A stretch of 59,257 bases of DNA, filler included. It is 10 parts of 10 records of this genome, joined end to end, with 100 filler letters (N's around TTAATTAATTAA, not from the genome) between each part and the next. Parts side by side here need not be neighbours in the genome. Positions count along the whole stretch, not along the records: positions 48,311 to 53,905 come from SRR31147125_120228; positions 54,006 to 59,257 come from SRR31147125_120517; 8 more parts are not named here. The stretch is one strand, 5' to 3'. The notes beneath the pieces are model-generated. The model had not been told where the DNA came from. It saw only the letters and a list, made by a program, of their open reading frames with translations, and ran no database searches. Numbering within the stretch: position 1 is the first letter of the stretch; the number at the start of each line of letters is the position of its first letter. The translations under genes were made by a program, and so were the position numbers. Positions 52,969-59,257 of this stretch are shown here, one piece after another.

Positions 52969-53905
52969 ATGTCTGAGAAGAATAATTTCACAATGCCAAA
53001 ACATTATAACCCCAGGAAGTCGAAGATAAATGGTATGCAGAGTGGGAGCAGTCAAGCTGTTTCAGCTCTCAGGTAGATGCAGATAAAAAACCATATACCA
53101 TTGTAATCCCACCGCCAAATGTCACCGGCAAGCTTCACATGGGTCATGCTCTCAATAATACTCTGCAGGATATCCTTATCAGAGCAAAGAGAATGCAAGG
53201 CGAAAATGCTCTCTGGCAACCAGGCACAGACCACGCAGGCATCGCCACCCAAAATGTTGTTGAAAGAAGCCTCAAAGCAGAAGGCATGCATCGTGACGAC
53301 CTCGGTAGAGATAAATTTATCGAGCGTGTCTGGGACTGGAAAGAGGAGTATGGTGCATCTATTCTCAATCAGCTTAAGAAAATCGGCTCTTCCTGCGATT
53401 GGGAGAGAGAACGCTTCACTATGGATGAAGGTCTGAGTAAATCAGTACGCACAGTCTTTGTCCGCCTCTATAAAGAAGGCCTTATCTATAAAGGCAGAAG
53501 ACTTATCAACTGGTGCCCAAAAGACCACACAGCACTAGCTGATGATGAAGTCGAACATGACGACAGAAACGGTCATCTCTGGCATATCAAGTATCCGATC
53601 AAGGACAGCGCCAAATTCCTTGTCGTTGCGACAACACGCCCAGAGACAATGCTTGGCGATACTGCAATAGCAGTACACCCTGATGACGAACGCTATAAAG
53701 ATCTTGTAGGCACGACAGTTATTCTCCCGATTATTGAGAGAGAAATTCCAATTGTTGCTGACAGCTTTGTCGACCCTAACTTCGGTACAGGTTGTGTAAA
53801 AGTAACTCCTGCTCACGACCCGAATGACTATGAGTGCGGCTTACGTAATAATCTTGAACAGATTATTGTTATCGGTCCTGATGGCACAATGACAGCAGAA
53901 GCTGG
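52969..53905 (+). CDS. valS: Valyl-tRNA synthetase, 3'-truncated, with an apparent frameshift at ~53012
   Basis: [15 protein letters not shown] (HIGH motif), [21 protein letters not shown] and [12 protein letters not shown]. Confidence 0.96.
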
Positions 53906-54005
53906 NNNNNNNNNNNNNNNNNNNNNNNNNNNNNNNNNNNNNNNNNNNNTTAATTAATTAANNNNNNNNNNNNNNNNNNNNNNNNNNNNNNNNNNNNNNN
54001 NNNNN

Positions 54006-57000
54006 CGAGTCCAACAAACTTCGCGTGGCCTGTTTGAGGAGATCCAGTGTATCCGAGAGAGAGACTTGCGTTCCCGGTGCCGTCATGCACGAGAAAGAAA
54101 GGAATTGCTCAACAACCCTATTCAGGATGTCGTCTTCGTCTAGAGTAGGATCTGTGTTCTGTTGACACAGGAATGTAAAGACACGTTTTGCAGCCGCCAC
54201 ATCCACACGCAATTCTTCAGTGTCTGAGCCACACAAGTCGAGAAATGCAATACATGCGGCAATAACAGCAGGAGACTGCAAGTGATGCATAGAAACGGTA
54301 ACAGCAAGGCGCTTCACGTAGGAAGTCTCAGCATCGGTAAGGAGAAGCGAGGTGGCGGGTACCGGTTCCTCGGTGTCGGGTGTCTTCTGCAGAGCACGCG
54401 TACGCGCGACCTGACCATTCCAGGCACTCAGAAGCAGGTCAAAGGCCTGTAAGGGACGCCCCTTTGAGAGGTAGTATGGTACGTCCAGTGTCTCCGCAAA
54501 GGCATCGGAAAGAAACCCAGAGGACCCAAAGTGTGGGATTGAGGCCTCGCGTTCCAGGCGTGCAACTTCTGCTTCTGCCTCTGCTGCTGCGACCTGTGCT
54601 TCGTCAGGTTCTCCCTCCTCGCTGGATACATCTTGGCGGTCTCCGTCTATTCGACTTTCTTCCTCTTCATCCTCGGCCTCCTCCAATAATTCAGCGCTTT
54701 CCATCTTTTCGCGACACTCTGGCTCCAAAACGTCTTTCAGGGAGAATTGTACCGTATCATCCAGCAATGCAAAGAGACTAATATCCCCACGCTGAGGCAA
54801 GAGGTCGCCCCGTTTCACCCTGCTCGCAATCGGAGGACATTGATCGTACTGAATGGGTGCCACTGCATGTTCTTCGTCTGGGAACCCTTTGGGTCGGCGT
54901 GGCACACTACCCTTGCCTTCCTCGCCTTCCTCCAAATAGACACCGCCAATGTGCCATATGAAATCTCGGAAGAACGCAGTAAACAAGACGGGATACGTTC
55001 TCTTGATCATGTTCTAGATGGTGAAAGAAACACAGTAGAGCACTCATTAGGATCCCAGGAAAGAAACAAACATCACAAACCTGCAAGCGAGCATGATCTA
55101 CATGCCAAGGCGATGCAGGCGTTGCAGCCATGGCTTCTCGGAAGGATACAGGGGCATACATCAGGGTTCCTAACGCCATCAGGGTTCGGCCTGCCGTAAG
55201 CATGGTGTCCGTCGTAATGGGTCCCATTGAGGGGGGAACACAGAGACAGAAGCGGGCATTTGCAAGAGAAGCCTAGGAAAGATATGTAAGGGATGGTGAT
55301 GGCGCCGTTTCCTCACCCACCTCAAATAGATGATCCCGCAGGCGTCCTAGTAGAAGAAAGTCAACCCATGTCTTATCGGTTTCAATCTTCAGGGCCTTGA
55401 GTTCGTCGAAGCTTTTGCCCAGTGCATAGAAATCCAGATAGGCTTGAAGAGCACACGGGAGATCATGATCAATGCAATATTGCACAAAGAAACAGTGAAA
55501 AGGTGCAGGTTGGTTGTGAGGAAGCAACGTGTCGAGTGACACTGCCTCCACCCGTGTTTCGCTTCGTCGACGATAGAAGAGTTGCTTTGTCTTAGCGAGA
55601 CGCCGTAACAGTGGCAAGAACGATGCTGTTTCGTGAGGTAGGAAAATCCCTCGTCTTGCCAACTCATTCAGCAGGATTTCGGCCATGAACGACACACAAA
55701 GGGGCAGTGCACCCGAGACCAGAGACACAACCTCGGTGAACACCTTGGCGTGGGGATGCGTTGCTACAAGATGTCCGTATGCGTCCACATCTCCTCCTCC
55801 GATGTGGATACGGTTCACCTGTGTTGCATAGGATTCAGATCTTGTTCCCAGATCCCCGGAGAACGTACCCAAGACCCAAGTCCCTTCCAATCCACATGTG
55901 CAATGAAGTAGCGAAGTTGGGACGAGAAGGATCGTCGCAATAAGTCGTTATTCCTTTCAATAAGGATGCGCTCTCGTGTATCCTACCCCAACCCGCCGTG
56001 GTCATCCACCACCACCCACCACCACCACGCTAGGCACCTTGTCCCAGCACAAAGCCCATGAAAGTGTGAGGTGGAGGTAGCCCTCGTAGGGGCTTTCGTC
56101 CAATCCGACTTTGGGAGGTCCACCTTCAAGTGAACGACGGCGGCAGACCTTTTGCATGGATAGTAGTGGGTGACACGACACCCCAGAAGGCCACACTCAC
56201 CCACGCACACACCCCACACACGTACCGTGCACCAACTCCGCTTCTTGGCCTGCTCAATGGCATTGTACATCATGTGATCATCGTTTTCCTCCTCGTGGTG
56301 CGCGTGATCACGTCCTTCCGTGCTCTCGACGACAATAAGAGGACCGCTGATACCCGGAATAGACTCGTTTGCAAAAGTAGAGTGGCCCCATCCTGGATTG
56401 GGGTCGAGGTCATCAATGTCTCCCACGAACAACAGAGTTTCAGGATCAATGAAACCCTTCTCCTCCAGACGTTTCAGGTCCTCCTCGTCGGGGATGTTGC
56501 TTTCATCTATCAGACTAGTATCATCATCATCTGGGTTCCTGGCCTTAAGCGGGACACATAAACGGCAGGAAGGCAGTTGCACGTACCATCACTGATCCAC
56601 CCAACACTTCCCTCGGAAAAGGAGGCAGTGTCGTCGGCCACGGGTGGTGCGTCCTTCAAAGTCTTCTTCCCTGCAGCACGGCCATACAGGTTGCGCATAT
56701 GGCCCACAAGGGACTCGTCCTGCTGCTGCTTGGGAGGGGATCGCTCGACTCGTAATTCACTCGTCTTCTCCGACGTTTTCGCCTGGGGAAGGTCATGGGT
56801 TCGCTTGTTCCGCTTCCCGTTTTCTCTTACCTTCTCGGGGTAGTTGGCCTCAATCAGGTCCCAGAGCTGGTGGGCGGCAATGAACTGGCGTGTCCATTGA
56901 CGATTGTACTCTCCCGCGTAGCATGGATTCGGGAAAAGGGTTTCCAACATACGCACATACGCAATCAAATCCTCCTCTTCGGAAGTGAGTCTTCCATCAT

Positions 57001-58802
57001 GAGAAAGATGATTCAAGAGACGATTGCGAACCTAATCAGACGGAATTCTGTCTGTCAGGATGGGGAAAGCAGGACACGGGGAATTGTAACGCACAGAACG
57101 GCGGGATGTGTTGAAAGCCACCTCCTTAAACATAACATTGAAATTCTCACCCACATTCTTGAGCATGCGCACAGCCAGGTCAAGAAAGTCCAATTGATCA
57201 TTGCAAATGAGGTAATAGATAAGAAGGAATCCAATATCCTTGAGTTGTGTGAAGGCTGCCCCCAGTAAGTGGCGTTCTTGACGTAACAAGATCGAAAGAG
57301 ACTCCCCATGCGTCACGGAAACCACCTGAGGGGAAGGAATCAATCGGAAATACATCAAGGATTTCCCTACGCACCGGAGGTGTCCGAACATCAAAGAGAA
57401 AACGAATACACAGGGAGATGTCTCCTGAAATCAAAGCATCCTTCACAACCTTTTCAAGACTGAGCCGCTCCCATCGACGGTAGCTGCCGTATGCACGGTC
57501 ATCGTCGAGAATCGAGAGTCTAGGGCGTACCGAGCCAATGCTGTTGCGGAAAGGGTGTCGTCACCCATGTGCTTCTTTCTTTCAACCAGTTTTTCACGCT
57601 CGAAGGCACCAGTCCATTCATTGCTGACCTCCTTCACACGCTTTTTTGCCTCATGAATGGAAAATGTGGCACCAGGTCCCGTGGGATCATCCTGGCTCGA
57701 CAGTCCTTCACTGATAGACAGTGCAGCAGAGGTACCGGGGGCAAACCGATTCCAAAAAGGTGCCTGCTGTTGCACTCTTAACAACACAAACATCATCTCG
57801 TAACACGAGCAGGACAAAGCCCAACCTGTGTCACAGGAAAAACGGGTCCTGTGGGACCGGGAGAAGTCGTTGTCGTGGTTTTCGGGGACTGGTATGAGAA
57901 GGATCGTGTGTCCCCCGCAACTTGCCCACGTGTCCCAAATCCACTCGTCTCCTCCATTTGTTGTGGGGGCGGCTGAGGTCGTTTGCTGTTGTACTAATGG
58001 AACAGGAAGTGGGATTCTTCACACAACAACAATACGACGAGCCATACCTTGAACTGATACTGGCGAAGACTCTCCAGATCGTGTGTGAGGATCCACAATT
58101 CGTCGACTGGAAGCAAGGTCTCTTTCTGAGAACCATCACTTCGTTGAAAGCGGAGCGGAGCAATCGACTGACTGTCCGTGAAGTACGCTGTCGGTGTTCC
58201 TGTCTCCTGACCATACACAAACCCGGTATCAATACAACAATCCCATTCTCAGTCGATGATGCCTCACCACAGCATCACACTCTCCCGTGTCCGTGGGAGG
58301 GGTTCCTCCCCCACGTGTCTTCCGCAGGATGAGGTCCGTGATGAAATTGATCCCGATTTGAAGAAGTTGGTTGGAAAAATTGCGATCTTGGATCTGGAAC
58401 AGATTCACAGAAATGTAGTCGAGGAGAATACGACTGCCCTGTAGCTGTTGTTCCGGGTACAAACGGTTCAGTGCTTGTTCAATGACATCAGGTTGTCGAT
58501 TGCGCAATCCCAGTTCTAATGCCGTGACACGTAGGGCCCGTCGGTCCCATCCATTCAATGCACAAAGACGGTCCGCTGTGACCATGTAATCGAACCGAAT
58601 CACGTTGTTGATCACTTGTTGTTGAATGACATTGGACAGGAGGACGTGAAGCCCCTGATCATTTAGAAAATACCACGAATGATCCAGATTGAAGAAGAGA
58701 AGACTTGTGCTTGGCATGGTAAAGGGTGCTGGGCATCCAAAACTTCTCCGATCACACCTACTCGGAGTGAGAAGAGAGACGAAAGAGGAAAGAGACACTC
58801 AC
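54006..58802 (-). CDS. SPG11: Eukaryotic spatacsin (SPG11)-like gene, multi-exon, truncated on both sides
   Basis: Collinear blocks recalled from spatacsin: LCALNGW...ALELGLRNRQPD; MLKNVG...AFNT; FHCFFVQYCIDHDL..L.AYLDFY; ASLANA...GRTLMALGTLMYAP; YYLSKGRP..AF; AACIAFLDLCG....LRVD. Confidence 0.8.
55273..55320 (-). other. Spliceosomal intron (48 nt)
   Basis: GTGGGT...TTTCCTAG; removal joins HLFE to ASLANA and removes a stop codon. Confidence 0.75.
57032..57094 (-). other. Spliceosomal intron (63 nt)
   Basis: GTGCGT...CTGATTAG; removal joins NTSRRS to VRNRLLNHL. Confidence 0.7.
57326..57374 (-). other. Spliceosomal intron (49 nt)
   Basis: GTGCGT...TTCCCCTCAG; removal restores the frame between DVRTPP and VVSVTH. 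Confidence 0.65.
58758..58802 (-). other. Spliceosomal intron (45 nt)
   Basis: GTGAGT donor, long polypyrimidine tract and TAG acceptor. Confidence 0.6.
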
Positions 58803-59234
58803 AGAACAACAGTTCGCTGAAAGTCATTGTTCTGCCACTCGAGTTGCGATCCACTTGGATGCCCCGCAAGCACAAGAACGGACAGGGGTGCACACACAAT
58901 TCCTGAGACGCTGTCTACTCCCTCACACCTTGCAGGTGAAAGATGAGTCACCCCAACACGTCAGAAACACATCAGGATGTGTGTTTCGCCGCGTACTCGA
59001 TTGCACAGAGCGTGCCCGAATCAACACTAACAATGGCACCGTCAAGTACACTGGGGTACTCGATTTCCTCCTAAACCAATGTATGTGACATTCCTGTGTG
59101 TGATACATGTGCTATCTATCACACCTGAGATCCCTCGTGCAATAGAGAAGAACTATCCGTTTTGCTTCGTCCACTTGCAGCAAAACCGGAGGAGTCATCC
59201 AAATGGGCCCCTTGGGGATCAAGGTGAGGACGGG

Positions 59235-59257
59235 CACACACACACACACACACACAC
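59235..59257. repeat. (CA)n microsatellite at the window end
   Basis: About 11 CA units. Confidence 0.9.

Noticed and set aside
53005..53020. valS N-terminal frameshift (and a similar one in glgP near 48322)
   Set aside because: valS is essential, and one extra base in a homopolymer restores the frame in both genes.
5091..54005. Repeated TTAATTAATTAA motif within N runs, and apparent gene neighbourhoods across these runs
   Set aside because: These are artificial concatenation spacers. Adjacent segments come from different organisms, so no cross-spacer operon or island can be inferred.

Overview
This window is not one locus. It is ten unrelated contig fragments joined by 100-nt N spacers that each contain TTAATTAATTAA, probably from an anoxic-sediment metagenome; taxonomic labels below are inferred from composition and gene content. 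(1) 1-5090: AT-rich, Bacteroidota-like glycosyltransferase/methyltransferase cluster, interrupted by a small helical ORF, a hairpin and a 21-nt repeat module. (2) 5191-12408: GC-rich, spirochaete-like operon (class III aminotransferase, class II aldolase, TetR, FGGY kinase), plus a lipoprotein and a U32 protein. (3) 12509-17728: Desulfobacterales-like two-component genes and aroE. (4) 17829-24714: Desulfuromonadales-like hslO and nuoABCDEFG', with a HydB-type NuoF. (5) 24815-30499: Liv-type ABC genes, a divergent adenine deaminase, MaoC and a quinone reductase. (6) 30600-36888: tRNA-Gln 3' end with an apparent T-arm insertion, then prs-rplY-pth-hppA-ychF and a CPA antiporter. (7) 36989-42500: garR-hyi divergent from FadR-larA, plus an MFS gene. 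(8) 42601-48210: NifA-like activator, GAF-PAS-HisKA protein, nadK, livK, livH. (9) 48311-53905: glgP, acyltransferase, hisG, HhH-GPD-like gene, tRNA-Asp, valS (PVC-like). (10) 54006-59257: eukaryotic spatacsin (SPG11)-like gene with short GT-AG introns. Several single-base frameshifts in short homopolymers look like sequencing errors. All calls come from motif recognition by eye; no searches were run.
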